From: Acetivibrionales bacterium
GTDB lineage: Bacteria; Bacillota; Clostridia; Acetivibrionales; JBMNNH01
NCBI GenBank assembly: GCA_050953835.1
Contig: JBMNNH010000008.1
Location: 41,013-105,012 of the forward strand
Length of the DNA: 64,000 bases
Direction: 5' to 3'
A program made the translations under genes and the position numbers. A model generated the notes under the pieces. That model saw only the letters and a program-made list of their open reading frames with translations, searched no databases and was not told where the DNA came from. Shown here one piece after another: positions 15,807 to 25,660 of this stretch. Within the stretch, counting starts at the first letter, position 1; each line of letters begins with the position of its first letter.

Positions 15807-17740
15807 GATGTTGCCAAAAACATAAGCCGACCTTAAACCTTGATTTCTAATTGTTTTACCCATTATATCCGTATACGTTTCATCGTAATCCACTTCATCC
15901 AACTTACCGCCCGACTCATTCGAATTTGTACTAGGTAAATTTATTTTAGTTGGAGTCCGCTTAAAATCAGAAAACCAATATGTATAAATACTATCCCGTA
16001 TAAACCCTATATCTAAATTCTGCCATGCACCATTTACGTTTAAAATACTGTTTGCCTTTATCGATATCGGGTAACCTGCTCTTAACGAATTTATATTCCT
16101 CATAGAGGCTGATGTATCCCACGGTGCTATAACTTCTATTTCCCTATTATAAGGCATTTTGTGGGGAATCCATGAATTATCCTTATAACTTCCATTATAA
16201 TTTTGTTTCAAATAACGCATTTGAGCAGTATTCCACATATAATATGTCCTAGTTGCAGTTTTCCGCTTAGGTGAAGTCCAATAATAACTTACCTTTTTTT
16301 CTCCCGTAACAGGGTCTATTGTCGTTTTACTCCTACGTTCTTGCTCATACCATTCTACAGTATAATTAAATTCGTCCCACCAACCTATATAACCATTGCT
16401 CTGATATACCCCATCTACATTAATAGCACTTCCTGGACTGACACTGATACAGATTTTATGTTATCATCATAGTTTTCCTCTTGTATAGATTGACGTGGAT
16501 TAACTTCCCCAATTAAAGGCATATCTATAGGAGATGATAGCGGATTTTCTATAGCAGTCAAATTGACAGTTACATCTTTCGTCTCATTTGCACCTATACT
16601 AAATGTTGTCTCTACTATATCTTCCCCATTATCAAGTTGTAACTGAACATTATCATAAGAATTTGATGATTCATTGGTAATACTACAAACCACACTAAAC
16701 CCTTGTTCGGATTGTAAATCTGACGGTGCTGAAATACTATTCAATACTAAATTAGTATTTCCTGTACTAAACATAGGGAAATCTATAGCCGACATTTTAC
16801 TGAAACTGTCGATTTGGTCCGCTTCTACTACATATACACAATAATATAATTTGTAATCAAATTGTAGAGATACTGCACCACCGTCTGAAAAAGTGCCTTT
16901 GCCTATCGTTAAATCTTCTGAATCGTAGTCTTTATTGTCATATCTCTTATCGGCAAACCTTATTTTAAACCCAGATTCAAGATTACCATAAATGTCTTTT
17001 ATTTGAGTTGGAAGTATTCTACCTTCAGCTGCATCGGGTATATTACCCTCTGCAAAAATATCCCCTTCTATAAGATATCCCTTAGCATGTCCTGCATTTA
17101 CATTAACCCCATTTTTGCCGAATAAAGAATAATCATTGCTCCCAAAATCAGGGTGTACTAATGGTATAGGTAATTCCGTGTTTTTTAAATGTGGAAACTG
17201 GTCATAAGTCAATATCCTTTCTCCAAGCACCTTATTGACCTTATAAAAATGAAATTTTGGATGTAATTCTATAGTTGTTTCTCCTGTATCTTCGTTTACA
17301 GTATAATTATACCACCTATTACCAATCCCAGAACCTCCATTCCAATGACTTATATCAACATCAAAATTGAAATAATCTTGAAGTTTGATTTCCTCTGGAT
17401 TGGTTGTCATTAAAGCATTTCTTACCATATTCCCTTTAGCTGTTTCTTCCCTAGCTTTATTCATTAATTCTTGAGACATCTTAAATGTGAATGTTGCTGG
17501 TTCTGAACCTAATTTCTCCATTAATACATTCAAATTATTGCCTACCTCTTCATCCATTACCTTTAACCCATTAGATTCGTTTTTCCAGTACCCACCAGAA
17601 TAATGCCATATTTCAATAGTATCAGTTATATACATATCATCCAATATTCTAAACAAGTCTGTTTCTGCCTGCACATAAGTAATTGATAATAGTAATAACA
17701 AAAATACACAAAATACTACAAAAATTTTTCTTTTCAACAC
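15807..17740 (-). pseudogene. secreted CARDB-like-domain protein gene, frameshifted near 16418-16460 and 3'-truncated by IS21 copy 2
   Basis: ORF 16415..17740 has a signal peptide (MLKRKIFVVFCVFLLLLLSITYVQA) and a CARDB-like segment (FSVVCSITNESSNSYDNVQLQL..ANETKDVTVNL..EENYDDN). A second frame is open from 16460 to 15798 with no start codon until 16238. Its stop (15798-15800) lies inside the IS21 terminus. Confidence 0.7.
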
Positions 17741-17759
17741 TTTATCGCCCCTTGTAAAT

Positions 17760-18956
17760 TTATCGTTTTACTATCTTTGATACATCATAATCCGAAGAAT
17801 ATTTCGTCGATTCACGTTTATAGTCCAATACAGTAATCTCCCATTCGTCTGGTTCGGCATCTTCCCATGTCACATAATAAAAAATTGATGCTCCAACATT
17901 TGGTTTACCTATAGCTACTTCTATCACAAAATACCATATATCATCTACAGATGTGGCTCCATTAACTATACGTTTGAAACCTTTGTACATAGGTATTTTA
18001 TGTTCTTCAACTCTTGATTCTTCCCAAGTTGTTAGATGAGTGCCTGCCTTATAATCTTTTAATACTATATGAAATTCCCAATCTACAATATATCCATCTG
18101 GTATATCGTCTGGATACTTAAACTCAATATAGCACTTTCCATCTTGCCCCTTATATATACTGAGATTATCGAGAATCAACTCGATAAATTCCTGCTCTTT
18201 TTCTGGTTTCATTTTCCCATTAGGAAGAATGTCTTCCTCTGGGTCAAAAGAAACGGTTCTCTGTTCGCCTGAATGCTCTTGAAATGCTTTTTCTGCCTCT
18301 TCCCTTGCTTTTTTCCTTTCTTCCTTATATGCTATTGGGTCGTCTTTGTATTTTTTAATTCTTAATAAAATAGTTGCAAGTTCACATCTAAGTGATGTCT
18401 TATCATACCCAAATTGCCTTAAACCTTCTTCACTTCTTCCTGTGCCTTCGGTCAGATACTCTTTAAAAGCACTATTTATATATCCCCTTTCTTCATCCGA
18501 AATACTTAATGTATCTTCAAATATAATTTCGGACGCATCTACAGGTTCTATCCCTAAAGCCCTCACGCTAAACTTAATCATATCTTGCCTAGGTATTTCG
18601 GCTAACGGATTTTCGATATCACCAGATTCAATGATACCATTTCCTTCAGCGTGCCTAATATATTTATCATACCATCTACCTTCTACATCTTCTATTTCGT
18701 CTTCAAATACCCTTACTAATGCTGTAATAAACTCTGCATATGTTATAACATTGTTTGGATTGAATCTTCCCTGTCCATCGCCTGTTATCAATTTCAATTT
18801 CTTGGCTTCTAATACATCGTTATAGTACCATCTACCTGACTCTACATCAGTGAATTGTTCATTGCCTACAGCGAATACATTCATATTAGGTAACATTCCT
18901 ATAATCGCTGCAATTATAAGTAATACACCCAAAATTTTATTTGTTTTGTTTTTCAT
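17760..18956 (-). CDS. secreted SLH-domain protein with unknown C-terminal domain
   Basis: Signal peptide MKNKTNKILGVLLIIAAIIGMLPNMNVFA. SLH-like segments FTDVESGRWYYNDVLEAKKLKLITG.. and VEGRWYDKYIRHAEGNGII... Confidence 0.8.
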   Translation of the reverse strand: MKNKTNKILGVLLIIAAIIGMLPNMNVFAVGNEQFTDVESGRWYYNDVLEAKKLKLITGDGQGRFNPNNVITYAEFITALVRVFEDEIEDVEGRWYDKYIRHAEGNGIIESGDIENPLAEIPRQDMIKFSVRALGIEPVDASEIIFEDTLSISDEERGYINSAFKEYLTEGTGRSEEGLRQFGYDKTSLRCELATILLRIKKYKDDPIAYKEERKKAREEAEKAFQEHSGEQRTVSFDPEEDILPNGKMKPEKEQEFIELILDNLSIYKGQDGKCYIEFKYPDDIPDGYIVDWEFHIVLKDYKAGTHLTTWEESRVEEHKIPMYKGFKRIVNGATSVDDIWYFVIEVAIGKPNVGASIFYYVTWEDAEPDEWEITVLDYKRESTKYSSDYDVSKIVKR

Positions 18957-19161
18957 GTTAAACCCTCCAATTTTATTATTTATTTACATTTAAATAATTT
19001 ATTTTACAATAGAATTGAATTTTTAAAAAAATTTTTTAAATAATTTTGTTATTAAAATCGGATAGACCCCCTTTGTTTGGAGAATTTGACCGATAGCTCA
19101 ATATATCTCATGATATCTTAATTTTTCACTTTACTCATACCGTCCGCATTTATTCCACAGT

Positions 19162-19298
19162 CCTCTTTACAATGAGCCTCTGCCGGCATGTTGTAAGGCA
19201 TCACGGGCACCACCCATTCTGAACAGGAGGAAGGCCTTCGTAGTATGGTTGATGCCTGGCAAGAAAGCCTAACATGCCGGACACTCATTGTAAAGAGG
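19162..19298. other. 137-nt extended imperfect hairpin inside the IS3, between the orfB stop and the terminal IR
   Basis: A 15-bp perfect outer stem (19162-19176 with 19284-19298), a 10-bp stem (19183-19192 with 19271-19280), and an 8-bp stem (19196-19203 with 19250-19257). Confidence 0.7.
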
Positions 19299-19322
19299 CT
19301 TTTGCGGCATAAACGCTACTTC

Positions 19323-20279
19323 CTACAATGTTATCACTAAAGAGCGTGCAGTTCCGTTTAGGGTTGCCTTGTGGAACTCTGCCGGGTTCATGTTAAATAT
19401 GGATCTATGGATCCTCCGGTTATTGTACCGTTGCATGAACTCATGCACAGCTTCATATGCTTCTTTATAAGTTTCAAACTCCCATCGCCCCAAGCATTCG
19501 TCCTCCAGTATCCGGTGAAATGATTCAATATGAGCGTTTTTATTCGGGGTCTTGCATGGAATCCTTTCATGCTCTACTGTAGCTGATGCACACTTGTCCT
19601 CGAATTTATGGCTGATAAACTGTGGCCCATTATCAGAACGTATTACTGGTTTTGAATCTGCATCAAAGAGATTCCGCCGCATAAGGGCTCTAACCAATGT
19701 TGCAGCTGCGTCCTCTCCCTCACAATGCAGGCCTATGTGGTAATCAATAATTTCTCTGTCATATACATCAATAATGGACTGTATGTAAAAGAATCTGTCT
19801 TCTCCGACGATATAGCCGTATTTTATATCTGTTTCCCACAATTGGTTCGGTGCTGTTACCACACGGTTTATTGCGATTTTTCTTGGATATTTAGCTTTGA
19901 CTACTCTTTGCGGCCGCAGCACCCCCAACTCTTTACATAATCTATATACCTTCTTCTTGTTGATAATCAATTTATACATTCTGCGCAGCTCAATCGTCAA
20001 TTTATAGTAACCATATGCAAAGCAGTCTCCTGCAATAAGAGCCAGAATCCATTCCTTGATCTGCATATCACAAATCTTCTTGCCTTCTGTAGTATAGGAA
20101 TAGCCTGGTATTGGCCTTCCGCCGTTTTCTACTTTTTCTTCATCGGCTCTCTCTACAGCGTAGTAGTATGTTGACGGATTCAAGTTTACGGTTTTCAGAA
20201 CAAAAGTTGCCTCATACCCTTTGCTAATCCACTTTGTGGCAATTTCTACCTTGGGGGTAACGGAATTTTCGTTTTTTTT
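19323..20279 (-). CDS. IS3 transposase OrfB (DDE/rve integrase core), expressed as OrfAB by -1 frameshift
   Basis: WETDIKYGYI..IIDVYDREIIDYH..IRSDNGPQFIS..AHIESFHRILEDE (D,D,E context). The -1 frame is open from the slippery run TTAAAAAAAAC (A8 at 20272-20279) and reads ..KKNENSVTPKVEIATKWISKGYEATFVLKTVNLNPSTYYY. Confidence 0.85.
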   Translation of the reverse strand, partial: KKNENSVTPKVEIATKWISKGYEATFVLKTVNLNPSTYYYAVERADEEKVENGGRPIPGYSYTTEGKKICDMQIKEWILALIAGDCFAYGYYKLTIELRRMYKLIINKKKVYRLCKELGVLRPQRVVKAKYPRKIAINRVVTAPNQLWETDIKYGYIVGEDRFFYIQSIIDVYDREIIDYHIGLHCEGEDAAATLVRALMRRNLFDADSKPVIRSDNGPQFISHKFEDKCASATVEHERIPCKTPNKNAHIESFHRILEDECLGRWEFETYKEAYEAVHEFMQRYNNRRIHRSIFNMNPAEFHKATLNGTARSLVITL

Positions 20280-20575
20280 AAAAGATCTCTAAGAATTTCT
20301 ATTTCAAGTTCTTTTTCTCCGAGTAATTTCTTTAGCTGGAGATTCTGTTCAATAGCTTTTTTTACTTCTTTTGGATCTTCTAACAGACCTGGAGCCGAGT
20401 AAAGAGCCTTCTTGGTCATTTTCTTCATCGGATCAGGTTTTGCCGCCCTAACCCACCTTGCAACAATTGATGGACTAATATCGTATTTTCTTCCTACAAG
20501 ACTTGAGTTTCCCGTCTCTAAAGCTTCTTTCACAACTTGCCTTTTAAATTCTTCCGGATGTCTTTTTGCTCCCAT
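20246..20575 (-). CDS. IS3 transposase OrfA (HTH)
   Basis: 109 aa: HPEEFKRQVVKEALETGNSSLVGRKYDISPSIVARWV, followed by a leucine-zipper-like LQLKKLLGEKELEIEILRDLLKK. Confidence 0.9.
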   Translation of the reverse strand: MGAKRHPEEFKRQVVKEALETGNSSLVGRKYDISPSIVARWVRAAKPDPMKKMTKKALYSAPGLLEDPKEVKKAIEQNLQLKKLLGEKELEIEILRDLLKKTKIPLPPR

Positions 20576-20630
20576 TTTCTTTCTCCCCTTTGCTTATTTA
20601 TATTATATAAGCTTTGGGTCTAATTGTCCA

Positions 20631-20788
20631 AGGTGATTAGGGGGCTTATGAAATTCTATATTTATACTCAATATGTCTATTAGAAAAAGAAAAATAAATA
20701 TAATAGTCGAGATAGCTATGTCAAACCTTGTACTATTAGTAGTTTTAGAGTTCTTAACAACTTTTGAATATTTATTTTTACTTTTCAT
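20631..20788 (-). pseudogene. small membrane-protein ORF interrupted by the IS3 insertion
   Basis: A good RBS (GAGGTGAtattATG). It reads MKSKNKYSKVVKNSKTTNSTRFDIAISTIIFIFLFLIDILSINIEFHKPPNH and then crosses the IS3 end at 20630. The frame can resume beyond 19077. Confidence 0.3.
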
Positions 20789-21375
20789 AATATCACCTCA
20801 TATGTTAATATTCTCCATTATATTGCAAACTCCTCCCTTTTATTTGATAAATTGTTATTTTTTCTAGTTAATTACTTGGTTTATATATTAGATATAAGAC
20901 TATTTTACTAACATGGCTCAAAAACTAATAAAAGTACCGGTAACTTTTCGAATAACTCTTACAATTTTCTTTCTTTATATCAATAAGCTTAGATTATAAA
21001 TTGGATTATAGATTGGATTAGAGACTATGAGGAGTCAAGCAAACAATATTCCCTTCAAGATTAAATATTTTAATGGTTGCCTTTTCCCCGTTAACTAGCT
21101 CAAAGGCAGTTTAGTTTTGCCATTTTCAATACCATTGGATAAATATGTAGTGTTATTATTTCTAATATCAGTTCTTCTTTGAAGGTAGTCAAAAGTATCA
21201 GTAAAACATACATTGTTACTTAGACTAGTTTGAGTCACAGAATCAATGCATAATTATTCAAAAAAATCCTGCAAACCCGCATTGTACCGTTGAGAAATAA
21301 TAAGATTTCGTTACTTTTAAACTGAAAATATGCAAGTCTAAAACTATTTATGCATAAATAAAAACTTCGGAACAA

Positions 21376-21483
21376 AACCTTCCAAGGCCGCATAATAAAA
21401 GGGACACTCCCTATTTAAGGAATGTCCCCTTTTGATGGCGTGCCCAGCAGGAGTCGAACCCGCAACCTTTTGATCCGTAGTCA
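21376..21483. repeat. 108-bp direct repeat copy B (overlaps the 3' 48 nt of intact tRNA-Arg)
   Basis: Identical to 8579-8686. Confidence 0.9.
21391..21433 (-). terminator. terminator downstream of tRNA-Arg
   Basis: On the minus strand the stem GGGGACA..TGTCCC is followed by ttttatt. It is duplicated within repeat copy A. Confidence 0.6.
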
Positions 21484-21512
21484 AACGCTCTATCCAATTG
21501 AGCTATAGGCAC
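21436..21512 (-). tRNA. tRNA-Arg (anticodon ACG), CCA encoded
   Basis: Reverse complement: GTGCCTA TA GCTC AATTGGATA GAGC G TTTGA CTACGGA TCAAA AGGTT GCGGG TTCGACT CCTGC TGGGCAC G CCA. This folds as a 77-nt cloverleaf with anticodon loop CT-ACG-GA. Confidence 0.95.
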
Positions 21513-21661
21513 ATACTAAATACGCATAAAGTGAACATATTATATAATAATACAAATGCAGCTTAAAATCAACTACATTATGAAATAAGGGTAAATATAT
21601 TATATGAAGAAAATGCTTCCAGGAACGGATGCTTCAAGCTTAAGAGCTTGTAGTGTTCAGC

Positions 21662-21699
21662 CTTAATGTCAAATCAAACTCACAAAATAATATCAAATC
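21662..21699. repeat. 38-nt element, inverted copy of 6690-6727
   Basis: See 6690-6727. It is followed by AAAGGTTG and TTGAATTT strings that also occur downstream of the other copy. Confidence 0.9.
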
Positions 21700-21940
21700 T
21701 AATAGAAAGGTTGAATTTGCAACCTCTTTGACTCGGAACATCAGTACATGGAATAACATGGGACATGCTTTGAAAATCTGCTCATACATATGGGAAAACA
21801 ATTTTGCCCCTACAATCTGATTCCAGACAAAACAAAACTGTAAAATTGAGATAACATTGAAAAAGCATTAATTCTCCGGTAAAAACACAGCTCAACAACC
21901 CAGAACTATTTTATTCTCCCTGTAATATAACAATGTTTTA

Positions 21941-21967
21941 TGGTATAATCTTGTATGCTATACAAGA
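21941..21967 (+). promoter_or_regulatory. extended -10 (TGGTATAAT) followed by an 8-bp inverted repeat, upstream of the dnaD-like gene
   Basis: tatggtataat at 21941-21949, then TCTTGTATgctATACAAGA at 21949-21967. The -35 is weak. Confidence 0.45.
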
Positions 21968-21999
21968 ATAATCTGCTAATAATTTGAGAGGGTGTTTGC

Positions 22000-22977
22000 A
22001 TGATTTTTCAATCAAATAATTCGATACTGTATTCAGATACACTACTACCGGACATATTTATTACCGAATACATGCCCTCAATGAACTGTAATTATTTAAA
22101 AGTATATATATACTGCCTGTTTTTAAGCAAGCATAGCAAGCATGCTTCAGCCTATGAACTCTCAAAGAAGCTTGAAATGGAGGTTCAGACAGTTAAGGAC
22201 GCACTTGATTATCTCGAAAATATAGGTATCATTACAAGGGCGGAAAATGGGATTAAGATTGTTGACCTTAAGGAAAAAGAAATAAAAAAAGTGTACAGGA
22301 TGAAGTCCACCTCTACCCCTGAAGAGGCTTTACTTAGCACAGAAAGAAATAAGAAGCGCAACAAGATAGTTTCCGCAATTAATAACTCCTTTTTCCAAGG
22401 TCTTATGTCTCCATCATGGTATACTGATATTGATGCATGGTTTGACAGGTACAAGTTTGAAGAAGATGTGATGTATGCACTCTTTCAGCACTGCTATGAC
22501 CACAGAGGCCTGTCCAGGCATTACATAACCAAAGTGGCGGAAAACTGGTACAGCAAAAAAATAAAGAATTCCTTTGATCTGGACAAATACTTCATTGAAT
22601 ATGAAAAGCTCCGGGACATTAAAAACAAAATTTGCAAGAAACTTAAGCTCTCTAGAAACCTTACCGAATATGAGGAGGAATATGTTGAAAACTGGGTTTT
22701 GGGCTGCAATTACAGCTTTGAAATCATTGAGCTTGCACTAAAAAAGACCACAGGTAAAACAAACCCAAGCTTCAGATACATAAACGCAATAATTAACGAC
22801 TGGCACCAGAACGGGTTAAAAACCAAACAGGAAATCCTCCTTTATGATAAGAACAAAAAGCTTTCAAATGCAAAAAAACCGGCAAACGACCCCAAAGTGC
22901 CCCAGCAAGGCAACTTTGAGCAGAGAAAATATGATGATGAATATTTTGATAACCTTTATGATAATATACCGAAATAA
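22000..22977 (+). CDS. DnaD-domain replication initiation protein (B. subtilis DnaB/DnaD-like)
   Basis: An N-terminal winged-helix-like region (ASAYELSKKLEMEVQTVKDALDYLENIGII) and a DnaD-type repeat region (WFDRYKFEEDVMYALFQHCYD.., IIELALKKTTGKTNPSFRYINAIINDW). It is paired with a loader ATPase. Confidence 0.8.
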   Translation: MIFQSNNSILYSDTLLPDIFITEYMPSMNCNYLKVYIYCLFLSKHSKHASAYELSKKLEMEVQTVKDALDYLENIGIITRAENGIKIVDLKEKEIKKVYRMKSTSTPEEALLSTERNKKRNKIVSAINNSFFQGLMSPSWYTDIDAWFDRYKFEEDVMYALFQHCYDHRGLSRHYITKVAENWYSKKIKNSFDLDKYFIEYEKLRDIKNKICKKLKLSRNLTEYEEEYVENWVLGCNYSFEIIELALKKTTGKTNPSFRYINAIINDWHQNGLKTKQEILLYDKNKKLSNAKKPANDPKVPQQGNFEQRKYDDEYFDNLYDNIPK

Positions 22978-22992
22978 ATGTAAGGAGTATAT

Positions 22993-24030
22993 ATGGGAGA
23001 AAGTATCCACAATGCCATATTAACTGAATATGAAAAAAAACGGCAGGCAGCCATTGACAGGGTTATACTGAGAAAAAGTGAAATTTACTCCAGAATTCCT
23101 GAACTTGAGCATATAGATTCCCGGATTCATACGGAGGGTGTGAAGTATAACAAAATGATTCTGCTCAGCGGCAAGCAGTCCATGGAAGCAGCCTCAGAGC
23201 TGGGTGTAAAAATTGAAGACCTTAAAAAGGAAAAAGTGGAACTTCTGAACAAACATGGGTATCCAGCTGATTACCTGGAGATAGCCCATGAATGTCCTTT
23301 ATGCAAAGACACAGGGTTCATCCAGACCGAAAACGGCTCAAAAAAGTGTACCTGCTACAAGCAGCAGCTCATTAGCCATGCATATAAAAACTCAAATTTA
23401 TCCCTTATAAAAACAGAAAACTTTGGGAACTTTGATGCAAATCTTTATTCAGATGAAATTAATGAAAAGAAATACGGATTAAAAATTTCTCCAAGAAAGA
23501 ATATACTGAATATAAAGGAAAGATGCCTTGAATTTATAGACAGATTTCATATACCTGAAGAAAAAAATCTGTTCTTCAGCGGCCCAACGGGGGTTGGGAA
23601 AACATTCATGTGTAACTGTGTATCAAAGGAACTGCTTGACAGAGGATATACGGTACTTTATCAGACTGCACCCATGCTGTTCTCAGCCATTAATCAACAA
23701 AAGGCAAAGGCTTTTAAGGAAGGCATTTCTGACAATTCAACCTATAAGAACATATTTGATGCAGACCTCCTTATTATTGATGATCTTGGCACTGAATCAC
23801 CCAGTGCTGCCAGATATGCGGATCTTTTAACCATACTCAACACCCGGCATATGAACAACTTTTCAAAACCATGTAAAACCATAATTTCTACAAATATAGG
23901 TATTAAAAATCTTTATGAATACTATGATGAAAGAAATGCCTCCAGAATCATAGGCTACTTTTCTCTGCTTTGTTTTATTGGAGACGATATCCGGCCGCTA
24001 AAAAGGGCAGGTGCAGGCGCAACAAAATAA
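22993..24030 (+). CDS. helicase-loader ATPase, DnaI/DnaC-like
   Basis: Zn motif CPLCKDTGF..CTCY, Walker A GPTGVGKTF, Walker B LLIIDDLG. Confidence 0.85.
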   Translation: MGESIHNAILTEYEKKRQAAIDRVILRKSEIYSRIPELEHIDSRIHTEGVKYNKMILLSGKQSMEAASELGVKIEDLKKEKVELLNKHGYPADYLEIAHECPLCKDTGFIQTENGSKKCTCYKQQLISHAYKNSNLSLIKTENFGNFDANLYSDEINEKKYGLKISPRKNILNIKERCLEFIDRFHIPEEKNLFFSGPTGVGKTFMCNCVSKELLDRGYTVLYQTAPMLFSAINQQKAKAFKEGISDNSTYKNIFDADLLIIDDLGTESPSAARYADLLTILNTRHMNNFSKPCKTIISTNIGIKNLYEYYDERNASRIIGYFSLLCFIGDDIRPLKRAGAGATK

Positions 24031-24257
24031 GCTTAGTCCAAGCCATTAAGTCTCTATATGCTTTCTATGGCTTCAACATTTAATCCCTGCATCCTGAGCC
24101 CCTGTGCCACATAAATCAGTTCGCTGGAAACAGCCCCGGCAAAAACCACAAAGTTTGACGAGGCCAGTTCCGCCTGTTTCCTTAAATACCTAGACCGCAA
24201 CTGCGCCTATCAACTCAATCCCAGACATATCCTCAAGCATTGGTTTTATATCCTATC

Positions 24258-25649
24258 CTACATTGTAAGTATTCCATCCTCTGTATTTATTATAATCAGT
24301 ATATCCTCTTCCTTTCCGTTCTCCGCATTAATATAAACCAGAAAATCCTTATCGTTGAATCTCCCTTTAAACTCATAAGCAAACAGCTCAGTTTTGTAGT
24401 TAGTCGGAATTATTGCCATACCGGAGCTCAATATATTCAGCCTTGGATTTACTCTGGCCCTTGCCTCCTCTTCGGACAGTTTGGGCTCTGGTATGTCTCT
24501 TTCAACGTGCGCAGAAAGGTATCCCTTTGCTTCATAGCCAATGATTTCTCCATTATCCAGAGCAATCTTAAGCTTTATAAGGTCAGGATATACTGTAACA
24601 TTATCCTGCTTATAGGCATAGTTTATGGTAGCCGTGTTGTCCTCCTTTATATAATAGGTATCCACCATATTCTTTATTCCCCTGCTCTCCAGGAATTCCC
24701 TGCCTAAAGCTTTTGCCCTTTCCACATCAACCGTCTTTTCGGCCACAGGCCTGTCATAAATCAGCCAGAAAGGATGCCCTCCCTTCTGCGTCACAGACAT
24801 TATCGCCGTCTGCTCTTCCGGAACGTTTTTGAACGTAACCTTATAGCTGAAGGTTCTTATAGGCTCGGTATCATTCTGGTTATGAAGTTCCACCGCCTGA
24901 ACCCTGTCTGCCCCCAGGAAATCTATTACCTTTTGTTTTGCTTCTTCAGCGTTTAAGTCATTACCGGTTATTCCTCTGGGCTTAATGGTGACCAGATGGT
25001 CTGAAAACGGTCCGTCATAAATTAACTTGGGCATATCCTGAAAAGTCTTGTCAATGTTTTCAAACTGCTGGTGAGGAAGATTTTCTGAAGTCTTTTGAAA
25101 AACCCCCTCTCCCCTTTTTGAGAGTTCTCCCCATTTAATCCTTCCGGTCAGTATCTGGCTTTGGAGTTCGTCCAGGCTGTCCCCCAAAGAAACCGAGTAG
25201 CCATACAAATCCTGTATAGTATTGTATTGGTCTTCGTTGAGATGTTTACCGTCCATGTTCTGGTTGTTCAGCGAGTACGCCAGGTCGCCAACCTGTGTAA
25301 GGAACTTGGAAGTATTTGCAAGTACCTGCTGCGAAATAGGCAGCTGTCCCAGGTTTGCCTGAGCCAGGTTTGCCTGTCTCCAGGCTTCCTGCAATGTAGC
25401 CGCAGTCTTTGCAGGGGTTGATGACACAAGGGATTTCATTAAAAGCACCTCTACATTACGCACATAACCTACCATATCATAAAAAGTCCTACTATATCTA
25501 TTATCCAGTTGCTGCCGCAGATTTGCAGAGTTTCTGTACTGTGAAATTCCCCATATGGAGACGGCAGCAATTACAACTAATACAATACTGTACATTTTTC
25601 TATCCTGAAGTCTTCTTTTTAAATCAAGAAGCTTTTCCCTTATACTCAA
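24258..25649 (-). CDS. ypeB: germination protein YpeB
   Basis: 463 aa with an N-terminal membrane anchor and C-terminal PepSY-like repeats. It lies immediately downstream of sleB, the canonical sleB-ypeB pair. Confidence 0.85.
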   Translation of the reverse strand: MSIREKLLDLKRRLQDRKMYSIVLVVIAAVSIWGISQYRNSANLRQQLDNRYSRTFYDMVGYVRNVEVLLMKSLVSSTPAKTAATLQEAWRQANLAQANLGQLPISQQVLANTSKFLTQVGDLAYSLNNQNMDGKHLNEDQYNTIQDLYGYSVSLGDSLDELQSQILTGRIKWGELSKRGEGVFQKTSENLPHQQFENIDKTFQDMPKLIYDGPFSDHLVTIKPRGITGNDLNAEEAKQKVIDFLGADRVQAVELHNQNDTEPIRTFSYKVTFKNVPEEQTAIMSVTQKGGHPFWLIYDRPVAEKTVDVERAKALGREFLESRGIKNMVDTYYIKEDNTATINYAYKQDNVTVYPDLIKLKIALDNGEIIGYEAKGYLSAHVERDIPEPKLSEEEARARVNPRLNILSSGMAIIPTNYKTELFAYEFKGRFNDKDFLVYINAENGKEEDILIIINTEDGILTM

Positions 25650-25660
25650 AGTACCACCTC

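Larger units (their letters stand above)
19078..20630 (-). mobile_element. IS3-family insertion sequence (1553 bp)
   Basis: The terminal IRs are TGGAGAATTTGACCGATAGC (19078-19097) and the reverse complement of 20611-20630, TGGACAATTAGACCCAAAGC (16/20 match, with TG..CA ends). It has the orfA/orfB organisation with an A8 slippery run. No clear target duplication was seen. Confidence 0.8.
8579..21483. mobile_element. degraded tRNA-Arg-associated genomic island (about 12.8 kb between the repeats), no integrase visible
   Basis: It is bounded by the perfect 108-bp direct repeat that duplicates the tRNA 3' end. The content is accessory: a TA-like pair, IS21 x2 plus a remnant, IS3, broken genes, and visibly AT-rich non-coding stretches. 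Confidence 0.65.

Noticed and set aside
20990-21023. Cluster of GATTA/GGATTA short repeats near the island end
   Set aside because: They could be recombinase arm-type sites, but they are very short, lie in AT-rich DNA, and have no cognate integrase to tie them to.
24031-24257. Possible gene remnant on the minus strand (MLEDMSGIELIGAVAV* then ..RYLRKQAELASSNFVVFAGAVSSELIYVAQGLRMQGLNVEAIESI)
   Set aside because: It is short, interrupted by a stop and frame change, and has no confident family match from memory. It was left unannotated.
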